Below, piece after piece: positions 34,966 through 45,296 of a DNA stretch of 64,000 bases (position 1 is its first letter; each line of letters begins with the position of its first letter). A program made the translations under genes and the position numbers. The stretch comes from Verrucomicrobiota bacterium (lineage in GTDB: Bacteria > Verrucomicrobiota > Verrucomicrobiia > Opitutales > Opitutaceae): contig JAQGON010000165.1 in assembly GCA_028293565.1 (NCBI GenBank), forward strand, positions 1,011 to 65,010, in the 5' to 3' direction. Under the pieces are notes generated by a model, which made no database searches, was not told the DNA's origin, and saw only the letters and a list, made by a program, of their open reading frames with translations.

Positions 34966-35898
34966 TCAGAGTTCCCCGTCGTCCGGCGTTCCGAGCATCG
35001 ACGCGCTCGGGTCCCGGCCGACCATTTCGAGCCATTGGGCGACCAGGGGGGTGCGGGCCGTTTCGCCGGCCGGCCACGGCGCGGCGACGAGGTCAATCAC
35101 GCGAAGATGGCCGTCGGACGCGCGGACAAAATTGCGGGCATGCAGGTCCGCCACGAGCCACGCCTGGTTTGCCATGAAGAACAGCCGCGGATGATCGCGG
35201 TTGGCGCGGAGGAATCGCGACGGGATCTCGATCAGGCCCGGCGGCAGCACGCCTGAGACGTCGTCGCCCTGGGGCAGCAGGTCGCCCAGCGCCTGCTTCG
35301 CGACGAGAATTCCCTCCGGCGTGACGGCCATGACTTCGGTCGCCATTCCGCCGAGAGCCTGGATCAGGCAGAGCTTTTCCAGTAGCGCGCGATAATCCCC
35401 GAGATGGGCGTCCGCCTGGAAAAGCGCTTCCTCGCCGGGATGAAAACCGAACGCGCTCCCGATGCGTTTTTCCTCCCGGGGCAGATAGAACTTGTAGACC
35501 GAGCCGTCCTCCTCCGACGCATAGGCCCAGGCCTCGACGCCGACGCCGATCCGGCGCAGCCGCGGATTGCTTTCCTCCAGCGGATTTTCGGCCGTCGCGG
35601 AAAATCCAAACTCCTCGAGCGCATGCAGCGGAAGCAGCCGCCGCCAGTCGCGGATCGCGGCGCCGAACTCGGCCCATGCGCCGCCGGTCGTCTCGAGCAG
35701 GCCTACTTCGTCTTCCGCGAGGAGGACGAGATCGCGGTCCGAATCTGCGAGGAGACCGCATTCGACTGCTGCCGCGCCGAGGCGAGCGAGCGCTTCCAGT
35801 CGTCGCCCGTGATCGTGTTGAAGAGCGGCGCAATCCGCTTCGCCCGGGATCCGGCGGCCTTGGATGCGGGTGATTTGTCCGGTGAAGGCATCGAGCAT
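34966..35898 (-). CDS. Hypothetical kinase-like protein, paralog of 8359..9069
   Basis: 'WLVADLHARNFVRASDGHLRVIDL' shows the same D-x-H-x-x-N...ID pattern. The preceding 'YRALLEKLCLIQALGG' aligns with 'YLKRLRLHNALFGD' of the paralog. Start is uncertain (35898 or 35994). Confidence 0.55.
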   Translation of the reverse strand: MLDAFTGQITRIQGRRIPGEADCAALQHDHGRRLEALARLGAAAVECGLLADSDRDLVLLAEDEVGLLETTGGAWAEFGAAIRDWRRLLPLHALEEFGFSATAENPLEESNPRLRRIGVGVEAWAYASEEDGSVYKFYLPREEKRIGSAFGFHPGEEALFQADAHLGDYRALLEKLCLIQALGGMATEVMAVTPEGILVAKQALGDLLPQGDDVSGVLPPGLIEIPSRFLRANRDHPRLFFMANQAWLVADLHARNFVRASDGHLRVIDLVAAPWPAGETARTPLVAQWLEMVGRDPSASMLGTPDDGEL

Positions 35899-36054
35899 GA
35901 ATCCGCGGAAGCAAAACTCGGAGGTCAACGCCTTAAAAGCAATGCCCGAGCGAATGGCAGGAAACCGAAACGTTCGGAATTCGGCCGCAACCACCCAAAT
36001 AATTCCGACGGTGGAATTACCCTTCCGCTCTCCGCAATCCGCAGTCGGAGTAAA

Positions 36055-37383
36055 TCAGGCCGACGCCGCCTCGGCCGGCGCGGCGAGCTTCGACACCAGC
36101 ACCTTGTCCACACGCCGGCGATCCATGTCCACCACCTCGAACCGCCAGCCGTTCCAGTCAAAGTGCTCGCCGGCCGAGGGGATTCGCCCGAACTGCGTGA
36201 CCACGAAGCCGCCCAGCGTCTGGAATTCCGCCTCCTCCTCGTGCGGCAGATCCAGCTCGAGGGCGAGGATCTGCTTGAGTTCGCCGATCGAAAGCGTGGC
36301 GTCGATCAGCCACGAGCCATCGTCGCGGCGCTTCGCCTCGGGCTGGTTGCGCTGCCCCTGGCTGGGGAGATCGCCGACGATCGCCTCGAGCACGTCGATC
36401 AGCGTGACCAGCCCCTGCACCGCGCCGAACTCGTCGTTCACGATCGCGATGTGCTTGCCGGATTTCTTGAACTGCTCGAGCAGCTGGATCGCCGTCAGGG
36501 TGTCCGGCACGATCAGCGGCGGCAGCAGCAGGTTCTTCAGCGTCGTCGGCAGGCCGATCGCCGAATGGGCCCATAGCGCCTTGACCGGCACCATGCCCAC
36601 GATCTGGTCGCGGCTGTTCTGGAAAACGGGAAAATAGGAGTGGCCGCTGGTGACGATCTTGCGCCAGTTGATCTCCTCGGAGTCCTCGATGTTGAGAAAC
36701 ACGATCTTCGGCCGCGGCGTCATCAGCGCCGTGACCGGCAGCTGGTCGAGCGCGAGCACGCCTTCGACCATCTCCTTCTCCGCGCGCTGAAACACTCCGG
36801 CGTGGAGCCCCTGCTCGACCAAGGCGCGGACTTCGTCCTCCCCCACCGACTCCGCCGCCGGACGCGTGCGCAGCCGGATCAGGCGGGTGACGCCATCGGT
36901 CGCAAGCTCAAGCACCCGCAGGAACGGCGCCGCGAGCCAGGCCAGGCCGCGCATGGTGCCGCCCAGCAGCGAGGCGACTTTTTCCGGGTGCGCGCGGCCG
37001 ATGCGTTTCGGGACCAGCTCGCCGAACAGCAGCATGAACGCGGACAGGCCCAGCGTCACCGTGACAAAGGCGATCGCCGAGGCGTACGGCGCCAGGCCCG
37101 CAATCTGGCCAATCGCCCCGGCCAGCTGGCTCGCGAGCTTCGCGCCGCCCAGCACGCCGGCGATCATCCCGGAAAGCGTCAGCCAGAACTGGACCAGCGC
37201 CAGAAACCGCGTCGGATGCTCCGTCAGCGCCAGCGCCTTGGCCGCCCCGGTGTCGTTCTTCGCCGCGAGCTCGCGCAGCCGCGTCTTCCGCGCCGAAACC
37301 ACGGCCGTCTCCGCCATCGCCAGCAACCCGTTGGCCAGGACCAGCAGGCAGATGATGAGCAGTTCGACTGGGACGCTGAGCAT
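36055..37383 (-). CDS. CNNM/HlyC-CorC family protein (DUF21 + CBS pair + CorC_HlyC)
   Basis: 'LLAMAETAVVSARKTRL' DUF21 start, a CBS region, and a C-terminal 'TLGGFVVTQFGRIPSAGEHFDWNGWRFEVVDMDRRRVDKVLV'. Confidence 0.9.
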   Translation of the reverse strand: MLSVPVELLIICLLVLANGLLAMAETAVVSARKTRLRELAAKNDTGAAKALALTEHPTRFLALVQFWLTLSGMIAGVLGGAKLASQLAGAIGQIAGLAPYASAIAFVTVTLGLSAFMLLFGELVPKRIGRAHPEKVASLLGGTMRGLAWLAAPFLRVLELATDGVTRLIRLRTRPAAESVGEDEVRALVEQGLHAGVFQRAEKEMVEGVLALDQLPVTALMTPRPKIVFLNIEDSEEINWRKIVTSGHSYFPVFQNSRDQIVGMVPVKALWAHSAIGLPTTLKNLLLPPLIVPDTLTAIQLLEQFKKSGKHIAIVNDEFGAVQGLVTLIDVLEAIVGDLPSQGQRNQPEAKRRDDGSWLIDATLSIGELKQILALELDLPHEEEAEFQTLGGFVVTQFGRIPSAGEHFDWNGWRFEVVDMDRRRVDKVLVSKLAAPAEAASA

Positions 37384-37459
37384 GGCAGGGCAGGAAACCT
37401 AGCGCCCGGCGCTCCCGGAGCAAGGGGCAAGGAGGGCGCGAAACGCTCGGCGCTTTCCC

Positions 37460-38341
37460 TTGCCCCCCGCGCCCGACGCATTTTGCTGGTCGGTCCCACC
37501 CCTTCCCGCCGTGAAAACCGCCCGCCTTCATCGCCTGTTCAATCCGCGCACCGGCCGCTGCTTCGATGTCGCCATCGATCACGGCTTCTTCAACGAGGGC
37601 TCGTTCCTCGCCGGCATCGAGGATCTCCCGCGCGCGATCCAGATTCTCGCCGACGCGGCGCCCGACGCGATCCAGCTCACGGTGGGACAGGCCCCGCACC
37701 TGCAGCGGCTCGCGCGGCGCCCCAAGCCCGCGCTCGTGCTCCGCACCGACGTCGCCAACGTCTACGGCTCACAGCTGCCGCGCGCGCTGTTCTCGAGGAT
37801 CCTGGAGGATGCGGTGCTGCAGGCCGTGCGGCTCGACGCGGCCTGCGTCGTCGTGAATCTTTTCCGGATCCCGGACCAGCCCGAGGTCACCGACCAGTGC
37901 ATCCAGAATATCCTGCGGATGAAGCCGCAGTGCGACCACTACGGAATGCCGCTGATGATCGAGCCGCTCGTTTTCCAGCCGAACGCCAAGGCCGGCGGCT
38001 ACATGGTCGATGGCGACGCGGCCAAGATCACGCCGCTCGTCCGCCAGGCCGTCGAACTCGGCGCCGATATCATCAAGGCCGATCCCACCGACGACATCTC
38101 GATCTACCACCGGATCATCGAAACCGCCGGCGGCGTCCCGGTCCTCGTCCGGGGCGGAAGCAAGGCCCCGGAAAATGAAATCCTCGCCCGCACCGAGCAG
38201 CTCCTGAAACAGGGGGCGGCGGGAATCGTCTACGGACGCAACATCATCCAGCACCCGAGACCGGGCGCGATCACCCGCGCGCTGATGGCCGTGGTGCACG
38301 ACGGAGCCAGCGCCTCCGCCGCGATGAAGCATCTCGGATAA
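37460..38341 (+). CDS. Class I (DhnA/FbaB/LsrF-type) aldolase family protein
   Basis: 'RLHRLFNPRTGRCFDVAIDHG', 'IIKADPTDD', 'VLVRGGSK', 'GIVYGRNIIQH'. A GTG at 37511 is an alternative start. Confidence 0.82.
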   Translation: MPPAPDAFCWSVPPLPAVKTARLHRLFNPRTGRCFDVAIDHGFFNEGSFLAGIEDLPRAIQILADAAPDAIQLTVGQAPHLQRLARRPKPALVLRTDVANVYGSQLPRALFSRILEDAVLQAVRLDAACVVVNLFRIPDQPEVTDQCIQNILRMKPQCDHYGMPLMIEPLVFQPNAKAGGYMVDGDAAKITPLVRQAVELGADIIKADPTDDISIYHRIIETAGGVPVLVRGGSKAPENEILARTEQLLKQGAAGIVYGRNIIQHPRPGAITRALMAVVHDGASASAAMKHLG

Positions 38342-38347
38342 AATCCC

Positions 38348-39472
38348 ATGTCCCCTCCCGTCCGCATCGGCATCATCGGCGGCGGCCTCATGGGCCGCGA
38401 AGCCGCCAGCGCGCTCGCGCGGTGGTTCACGCTCGTGGATTTCCCCGTGCGCGCCGAGCTCACCGCCGTCTGCGACCTGCAGCCCGGCCTGCTCGACTGG
38501 TTCCGGCAGGTGCCGACGGTCAAGCACCTGGTCACGAATCATCGCGAGTTGCTCGCGCTCGCGGACGTCGACGTCGTTTACGCGGCGGTGCCCCATCACC
38601 TGCACGAGGAGATCTACCTCGACGTCCTCCGGGCCGGAAAGGACCTCCTGGCCGAGAAACCGTTCGGCATCGATCTCGCCGCGGCCCGCCGCGTGCGCGA
38701 CGAGGCCGGCCGTCTCGGGCGGTTCGTCCGCGTTTCCTCGGAGTTCCCGTTTCTTCCCGGCGTGCACCGCGCCTGGCAGCTGGCGGCCAGCGGGTCGCTC
38801 GGCCGGATCATCGAGGCGCGCTGTTCCTTCCTGCACTCGAGCGACCTCGATCCCCTGAAGCCGATCAACTGGAAGCGTCAGTCGAAGTACTGCGGCGAGA
38901 TCGGCGTCATGGGCGACCTGGGCATGCACGTCGCGCACGTGCCGCTGCGCCTCGGCTGGAAGCCGACGACGGTTTTCGCGCAGCTTCAGAAAATCTACAC
39001 GACGCGCCCGGACGGAAAAGGCGGCATGGCGGCCTGCGACACCTGGGACAACGCCATGCTGCACTGCAGCGCGCAGATCGCGGGCCACGCGACGCCGCTG
39101 ACGCTCGAGATGAAACGGCTCGCGCCGACGGAGACCAACACCTGGATCATCGAGGTGCTCGGCACCGACCGCGGCGTGCGGTTTTCGACCAAGGAGCCCA
39201 AGACGTTCTGGACCTACCGGCGCGACAAGGAGCAGTGGTGGGAGAAAACCGACCTGGGCTTCGGCACGCCGTTCAAGACGATCACGGGCGCGATCTTCGA
39301 GCCCGGCTTCCCGGACATCCTCCAGCAGATGTGGGCGGCATTCCTCGCCGAGCGCGCCGGCGTGCTCGGCGTCCGGTTCGGCTGCGCCACTCCGGACGAG
39401 GCCGTGGCCCACCACGAAATCTTTGCCGCCGCCCTGAAATCGCACCAGGAGCAAAAAGCGGTCGCGCCCTAG
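38348..39472 (+). CDS. Gfo/Idh/MocA family oxidoreductase
   Basis: Rossmann start 'VRIGIIGGGLMGREAA' and 'LLAEKPFGIDLAAA'. Confidence 0.85.
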   Translation: MSPPVRIGIIGGGLMGREAASALARWFTLVDFPVRAELTAVCDLQPGLLDWFRQVPTVKHLVTNHRELLALADVDVVYAAVPHHLHEEIYLDVLRAGKDLLAEKPFGIDLAAARRVRDEAGRLGRFVRVSSEFPFLPGVHRAWQLAASGSLGRIIEARCSFLHSSDLDPLKPINWKRQSKYCGEIGVMGDLGMHVAHVPLRLGWKPTTVFAQLQKIYTTRPDGKGGMAACDTWDNAMLHCSAQIAGHATPLTLEMKRLAPTETNTWIIEVLGTDRGVRFSTKEPKTFWTYRRDKEQWWEKTDLGFGTPFKTITGAIFEPGFPDILQQMWAAFLAERAGVLGVRFGCATPDEAVAHHEIFAAALKSHQEQKAVAP

Positions 39473-39479
39473 ACTCCCG

Positions 39480-40487
39480 ATGCGCTCTGGAATCATCGCC
39501 GGCGGAAACTGGATCACCGATCACGTCAAGGTCATCGACCACTGGCCCGCGGAGGACAGCCTCGCCACCGTGCTTTCGCTGACCCTGGGCAACGGGGGCG
39601 GCCCGTACAATGTGCTCAAGGATCTCGCGCGGATGGGCGCATCGTTCCCGCTCGCGGGAATCGGGCTCGTGGGGGACGACGCGGACGGCCGGAGAATTCT
39701 GGACGACTGCCGCGCCCATCGCATCGACACCGCGCAGTTGCGGATGACCGGCGGGCGTCCCACGAGCTACACCGACGTGATGAGCGTGCAGGCGACCGGG
39801 CACCGCACGTTTTTTCACGACCACGGGGCGAACGCGCTGCTGGCGCCGCATCATTTCGATTTCGCCGGCACGTCCGCGCGGCGCTTCCACCTTGCCTACC
39901 TGCTGCTGCTCGACGTCCTCGATGCGCCGGGCGAGGACGGACGGCCGCGCGCGGTCGACGTCCTGCGGCGCGCGCGGCAGGCGGGGCTCAAGACTTCGCT
40001 CGACTGCGTGAGCGCCGGAGGCGAACGGCAGCGTGCGCTCGTCATGCCGGTCCTCCCCGAGGTCGACGTTTTTTTCAGCAACGACTACGAGGCGGAACAG
40101 GTGACCGGGCTGACGCTGGGACGGGGCGACACCCTCGACCGCGCGGCCGTCGAACGGGCGGCGGCCTCGTTCGTGAAATCCGGGGTGCGCGACTGGGCGC
40201 TGATCCATTTCCCCGAGGCCGCGTGCGCGTGTTCGTCCGCGGGCGAGGTGTTGTGGCAGCCCAGCGTGCGGATGCCCGCCGCGGAAATCCGCGGCACCGC
40301 CGGCGCGGGCGACGCGTTTGCCGCGGGGGTCCTGTTTGGTCTGCACGAGGAGTGGCCGATGACGCGCTGCCTCGAACTCGGCGCCTGCACCGCCGCCGCC
40401 TCGCTGCGCCAGCCGACCTGCTCCGATTCAGTCGTTCCGGTGGACGACTGCCTCGCCCTCGGCCGCCAGTTTGGTTTTCGGGACTAA
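39480..40487 (+). CDS. PfkB-family carbohydrate kinase
   Basis: C-terminal 'IRGTAGAGDAFAAGVLFGL' PfkB signature. 8-nt gap to the upstream gene. Confidence 0.85.
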   Translation: MRSGIIAGGNWITDHVKVIDHWPAEDSLATVLSLTLGNGGGPYNVLKDLARMGASFPLAGIGLVGDDADGRRILDDCRAHRIDTAQLRMTGGRPTSYTDVMSVQATGHRTFFHDHGANALLAPHHFDFAGTSARRFHLAYLLLLDVLDAPGEDGRPRAVDVLRRARQAGLKTSLDCVSAGGERQRALVMPVLPEVDVFFSNDYEAEQVTGLTLGRGDTLDRAAVERAAASFVKSGVRDWALIHFPEAACACSSAGEVLWQPSVRMPAAEIRGTAGAGDAFAAGVLFGLHEEWPMTRCLELGACTAAASLRQPTCSDSVVPVDDCLALGRQFGFRD

Positions 40488-40655
40488 ATTCTCCAACGAG
40501 GAATTCCGAGGGGAGGTTGGCCGCAAGAATGCGCAAGGGCTCCCAGGCTGCGAAGGAGCTGCCATCGCGCCCATAGGCGCACAAGAGATTCGATCCGGAG
40601 CCACCGAGCCCTTGTGCTTTTTTGCGGCCAACCCTTTCCGAACCCGAGTTTCGCC
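40488..40655. repeat. MITE-like palindromic element, family 3, copy B
   Basis: Same termini and core as 12618-12795, in the same orientation. Confidence 0.7.
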
Positions 40656-40672
40656 CGCTTTTTTCGGCCGCG

Positions 40673-41527
40673 CTATCTCAGCTTCTTCAACCGCGCGGCG
40701 ACATCCGCGCGCAGACGGTCGATGGCGCCGAGCGCGAACTCCTGCACGTCCAGTTTCTCGTCGATCACCAATGGCGTGAGGTCCATCGCCCACGCGATCG
40801 AGGTGAACTGGTCGGTCGCGTGCGAGGTGTGGAACGTGGCGTTCGCCGCGCGACGCCCGAGGGCCGCGACGTCGTAGCGTTTCCCCCCCGCGACCTGGGA
40901 GTCGAAAATCCGGATCAGTTCGCCGGCCAGCTCGGGATGGGCGCTGGCGTCCAACGGCACCTTTTCGTCGTCGCCGAGCCAGTCGAGACCGCGCCAGGCC
41001 TCGACCCCGAGGACGCGCCGGGGACGCCTCGCGGGTTCGAGCGACCGGATCGCCTCGAGGCATCGCAGCAGCACGGCGACGTGCGTGTCGTGCTTGTCGA
41101 CCGGCTGGTGCAGGTAAACCACCTCCGGCCGGCAGGCACCGAAAAGGAGCCGAAGATCGGCCAGCACGTCGGGATGCCCCCGCTGTTTCAGGTCGGGGCT
41201 CGGGTGCGCGAGCTGGATCTGGAGGTTGTAGTTGCCGAGCCGAGCCGCGGCCCGCTGCTCCTCGCGCCGCACGGCCTGCATCTGCGCATCGGTGTGCGCC
41301 GCATACTTTCCACTGCGGGGCGAACCGGCTCCGTTCGTCGCCACGACGCCGGTGAAAAAACGGTCCGCGCGGCCGTAACATTCCGTCACCGCCGGATAGG
41401 CGTTGATCTCGATGTCGTCCTGGTGCGCGATCACGCACAGGTGCGTCGTCCGCGCCAGCGCAGCTTCGGGCGTCAGCCCGGCCGGAGCCGGAAGATAAAT
41501 GTCAGCCTCGGGGCGGGAGAATTTCAT
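40673..41527 (-). CDS. PIG-L/LmbE-family N-deacetylase
   Basis: 'HLCVIAHQDDIEIN' (AHPDDE-like) and 'VDKHDTHVAV' (HxDH-like). The ATG overlaps the upstream stop (ATGA). Confidence 0.78.
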   Translation of the reverse strand: MKFSRPEADIYLPAPAGLTPEAALARTTHLCVIAHQDDIEINAYPAVTECYGRADRFFTGVVATNGAGSPRSGKYAAHTDAQMQAVRREEQRAAARLGNYNLQIQLAHPSPDLKQRGHPDVLADLRLLFGACRPEVVYLHQPVDKHDTHVAVLLRCLEAIRSLEPARRPRRVLGVEAWRGLDWLGDDEKVPLDASAHPELAGELIRIFDSQVAGGKRYDVAALGRRAANATFHTSHATDQFTSIAWAMDLTPLVIDEKLDVQEFALGAIDRLRADVAARLKKLR

Positions 41528-42651
41528 GGGCGTCCGTGGGTTTCCGCGACGATCCGCGCCATTTCATCCTGCGCCTCCTCGAGGCTGCGCACGAGGGCGA
41601 ACTGCGTGCGGCAGCGCTCCAAGTTGTGGCGCGGGTGCCGGATTTTGTAATAGGTGTCGCCCTGCAGATAGTCCGTCAGGAACCGCATCCCGTTCTCGTA
41701 GGTCATCAGCTTCCCCGCAAAACCGAGCTCGGCGCGTTCGGCGTCGTTCAGGACGGCGCCGACCTCGGATCCGAGGTAACCCTCCACCAGCGCGCGATAC
41801 AGCGGGAGCTTCACGTGCATCCGGGAGGGATCCGGATCGTCCTCGAGCGTGGAACTCGCCGAGGTCCGCACCATCTCCCCGAAATCATACAGCGGAAGTC
41901 CGGGCATGATCGTGTCGAGATCGATCACCGCCACGGTGCGGCCGGTCGCGTCGTCGAGCATGACGTTGTTGATCTTCGTGTCGTTGTGCGTAACGCGCTC
42001 GCGGATTTCGCCGCGCCCGAGCATTCCGAGCAGCCGGTCGGCATCGGCCTCGCGCGCGAAGGCAAAGCCGATTTCCGCGCGCACCGCGCCGGCGCGGCCC
42101 GCGGGGTCGTCGCCGACCGCGCGGCGCAGCGTCTCAAAACGGCTTCGCGTGTGGTGAAAATTCGGAATCGTCTCATGCAGCCGCGCGCCCGGCAGGTCCG
42201 CCAGCTGCGCCTGGAATTTCCCGAAGGCCCGCGCGGCCGCCCGCGCCTGCGCCTCGTTCGTCACCCGATCCACCGTGTGCGCCCCCTCGATGAAATCGTA
42301 AACCCGCCAGTAGCCCCCCGCGGCATCCTGCGCGAACGCCGCGCCATCCCGCGCGGGCACGAGGGTGAGCGAGCGCCGCGCCGCCGCCGCGCCTTCCTCC
42401 GCCATCACCTTCGACGCGACATGCGCGGTCACGCGGCGCACGTTGTCCATCAGCGCTGGCACGTTCCTGAAAATGTGATGATTGACCTTCTGGAAAACAT
42501 AGCGGCGCCGGCCGCCAGACGCCTCGAAGGCGGCCTGGTAGGTCTCGTTGATGTGCCCGTTGCCGTGCGGGCCGGCCGAAACCAGGCGGCCTTCGAGGGG
42601 AAAGGCGGCGACCACCTCGGGGAAATCCGGCGGAACAGCGGGCTGACTCAT
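41524..42651 (-). CDS. N-acetylhexosamine 1-kinase (NahK/LnpB)-like anomeric sugar kinase
   Basis: 'GNGHINETY', 'VTHNDTKINNVMLDD', 'IDLDTIMPG', 'YDFGEMVR', 'ENGMRFLTDYLQGDTYY', 'HNLERCRTQFALV'. These follow the Bifidobacterium NahK layout as I recall it. Confidence 0.8.
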   Translation of the reverse strand: MSQPAVPPDFPEVVAAFPLEGRLVSAGPHGNGHINETYQAAFEASGGRRRYVFQKVNHHIFRNVPALMDNVRRVTAHVASKVMAEEGAAAARRSLTLVPARDGAAFAQDAAGGYWRVYDFIEGAHTVDRVTNEAQARAAARAFGKFQAQLADLPGARLHETIPNFHHTRSRFETLRRAVGDDPAGRAGAVRAEIGFAFAREADADRLLGMLGRGEIRERVTHNDTKINNVMLDDATGRTVAVIDLDTIMPGLPLYDFGEMVRTSASSTLEDDPDPSRMHVKLPLYRALVEGYLGSEVGAVLNDAERAELGFAGKLMTYENGMRFLTDYLQGDTYYKIRHPRHNLERCRTQFALVRSLEEAQDEMARIVAETHGRP

Positions 42652-45236
42652 GCGGGCGGCGCGATTTCAATGGTCAGCGCGCGCCCCGCGGCGAGCGTTT
42701 TCTCCGCCTTGAATTCCTTTTCGCCCAGACCCGTGAGCGCGAGGCGCCGGAGTTTCAATTGCCCGCCCGAGACGGACAACGTGACCTTCGTGCGGCGCCG
42801 GGTCGGGGTCAGCTCGACGCTTCCCCACGCCGTCCCGCTCGACCAGAACCAGCGGACATGCCGCGGGCTCGACGCAAACGTCAGCGATCCCGTGAGCGCG
42901 GAGAAATGGAATCCCGTCAGCGCCGCAATCAGGCCCCAGCTGCCCAGCGCGCGGACGTAATGGTGCCCGCACTCCGCCTCGTCGAAGGGGTTTCGCTTTC
43001 GCCCGTCGTAGCGCGCGCGAATATCCCGCACGACCTTGAGCGCATCGCGCACCATTCCCTCCTGCGCCAGGTGCAGGGCCACGCAGTATTCGAAGCCGGT
43101 CATCACCTCCGTGTAATACGGAAAGGGCCGCGCCGGCCGGCGCCCCCGCGGATACGACGCCATCAGCAGCGCGGTTTCGTCGCCGAGCACGAAGCTGCGC
43201 ATGTGGTTGAAATGCGCCTCGAAGCCGTGCCGGCGATTGTGCGCGAGCACTGCGCGCAACGCCTCGCGCTCGTGCACCGGGTCGAGAAGGTGGCCAAGCC
43301 CCTCGAAATGCGCGTTGACCTGCCCGGCGAGCTGGTCGATCAGGCAGCCTGCGGCCAGCTGGTAGTCGGGAGCGGCGGCATTTTTCAGCTCCGGGGTGTA
43401 CATCAGGCCGGGACGGACCCGATCCCAGCTGCCCGGAGGCCGGACCTCGTGCTCGTAGTAGTCGTCGTTGAATAGATGCGCGTCGACCCACGTCCGGCCG
43501 CGCTCGAACAGTTCGCGGCATTTCGCGGCGAAGTCCGTCTCGCCCACGGCCCGCGCCATCTCCTCCGCGGCGCGCAGCGCCCCCAGGTACCACGACGCCA
43601 TCTGCGGGTTCGGCCCGAAATATTCCACGTCCATCGTGTTGTGCTGCGCGCCTTCCATCACCCCGTCCTGGTCCGCATCCCAGCCGCCGGGCAGCCAGGC
43701 GAATTCGAGCGCCCGCCGCGCCCGCGGCCACAGCGTGCGCAGCCAGGCGGTGTCGCCGGACACCCGCCACTCGCGATGGAGCTTGAGCAGGCAGCCCATC
43801 TGGCCGTCGGCGGCCGCGATCAGCCCCTGCTCCGGGATCGGTCGCAGGGGCAGCGGCACGCGGAAGCTCATGTGGCCGTTGTCCTGCATGCTGTATCCGG
43901 AAAATTCCGTCTCGCGCATCGTGCGCGCCAGCTCGGGAAAAAGATTCGCCGTCGCGTGCTCGTAATTCCAGACGTGCGTGCAGTTGCCGTGACAGCTTCC
44001 CTGCCGGTCGAAACAACCCTCCCATCCGAAGAACCGCCCGTCCGCCGTGCGAAAGCAGGTCTGCGACCGGAGCGTCGAGAGATTGAACAGCGCCGCCTCC
44101 CGCACTTCCGCCGGCAGATCGCACTCCGCCACGCCGCGGGCGAACGCCACGGTCTCGCGCTCCAGCGCCGGCCGGTCCCGCGCGGCGCGCTCCGCCACCG
44201 CCCAGGCGTCGGGGAAGTCATTCGCGTAGTGGTTGCCGACAATCACCGGGACGTGCCCCGGACCATGCCCCCAGTTCTCCCGGTTCGGGAAATGCCACGC
44301 CATGATGAAGTCGACGCTCCGCTCGCCCATCGGCGGAACGTCGATCGCCACGGCAAGCGAGGCGTTGGGAGTGTCGGTGCGCGCCTCCCGCGGCTCCAGT
44401 TTTCCATCGCCGGAGAAATCGTCCCAAAAATCCAGCAGCGCATCGCTCCAGCCGAAGTCGGCCCAGGCGGTCCGATGCGTGACGCCGCGTTTCGCCGTCG
44501 TCGCGAGGGCCATCGTGCCCCACGCCGGATGCGTGCGCGCCACGCCCGTCGAGGCGAGCTCGACTCCCTGGATGACGCCCCCCTGGCGGAAGGCGTTGCG
44601 GTTGCCCGACGCGCCGGTGGGAAAATATTTCCCGCGAAACTCGTCAAGCTTCAGGCTGAAGCCGTCGACCCCGATGAAGTTCGGGAGCGTGGCGGCGACC
44701 GCGGCGCTGACCGGGGCGCGCGAGGGATTTCGCAGCACGACACGAACGAACGCGACCGGCAGGCTGCTGCGCGCCGCGTCGCCGGGAATCAGGGGATTGA
44801 AGACCTGCACCGTGGCGCGCACCGGCACGGCATCGTCGGCGAGGTCGATCTGCGCCAGCGGATACGCCGCGCGAAAGGTGCAGCGCCGGAACCGCGGCAG
44901 GCCCGCCTGCCGCGCCGCTGCGCCTTCCTCGCCCTCCCATTCCGTCACCGGCAGCGGTCCTTCCAGCAGCCGGGTCACCGGCGCCTCGCCGCGGCGCGCC
45001 GCGCGCACCGCGAAAAAGCCCGAGGCGCCTCCCTGGCCGGTGGGCGTGAAATTTTTCGCCGGACGATTCATCAGCTCCCAGTGGCGCCACGCGCCCCACC
45101 CCGTGAGCGAGACGGTCCCGGTCCCGACGCCTCCGACCGGAAGGGCGATCCGCGCGAGGTGGTCGTTGCTGTAGGATTTAAGAACCGGCCAGGAGGAAGG
45201 AGGGAGATTCACCGGGGGAATAAAGGGGTTAACCAC
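42648..45236 (-). CDS. GH116-family glycoside hydrolase (GBA2-like; beta-glucosidase / beta-N-acetylglucosaminidase family)
   Basis: N-terminal 'LPVGGVGTGTVSLTGWGAWRHWELMNRP' (GH116 N-domain) plus a large DUF608-like (alpha/alpha)6 C-terminal region. The start codon is GTG at 45236. Confidence 0.82.
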   Translation of the reverse strand: MVNPFIPPVNLPPSSWPVLKSYSNDHLARIALPVGGVGTGTVSLTGWGAWRHWELMNRPAKNFTPTGQGGASGFFAVRAARRGEAPVTRLLEGPLPVTEWEGEEGAAARQAGLPRFRRCTFRAAYPLAQIDLADDAVPVRATVQVFNPLIPGDAARSSLPVAFVRVVLRNPSRAPVSAAVAATLPNFIGVDGFSLKLDEFRGKYFPTGASGNRNAFRQGGVIQGVELASTGVARTHPAWGTMALATTAKRGVTHRTAWADFGWSDALLDFWDDFSGDGKLEPREARTDTPNASLAVAIDVPPMGERSVDFIMAWHFPNRENWGHGPGHVPVIVGNHYANDFPDAWAVAERAARDRPALERETVAFARGVAECDLPAEVREAALFNLSTLRSQTCFRTADGRFFGWEGCFDRQGSCHGNCTHVWNYEHATANLFPELARTMRETEFSGYSMQDNGHMSFRVPLPLRPIPEQGLIAAADGQMGCLLKLHREWRVSGDTAWLRTLWPRARRALEFAWLPGGWDADQDGVMEGAQHNTMDVEYFGPNPQMASWYLGALRAAEEMARAVGETDFAAKCRELFERGRTWVDAHLFNDDYYEHEVRPPGSWDRVRPGLMYTPELKNAAAPDYQLAAGCLIDQLAGQVNAHFEGLGHLLDPVHEREALRAVLAHNRRHGFEAHFNHMRSFVLGDETALLMASYPRGRRPARPFPYYTEVMTGFEYCVALHLAQEGMVRDALKVVRDIRARYDGRKRNPFDEAECGHHYVRALGSWGLIAALTGFHFSALTGSLTFASSPRHVRWFWSSGTAWGSVELTPTRRRTKVTLSVSGGQLKLRRLALTGLGEKEFKAEKTLAAGRALTIEIAPPA

Positions 45237-45296
45237 GAATTTCGCGGATTGTCACGGACGCGGAATTTATGTCGAAGTCGTCCAAGCGCACCCGAA

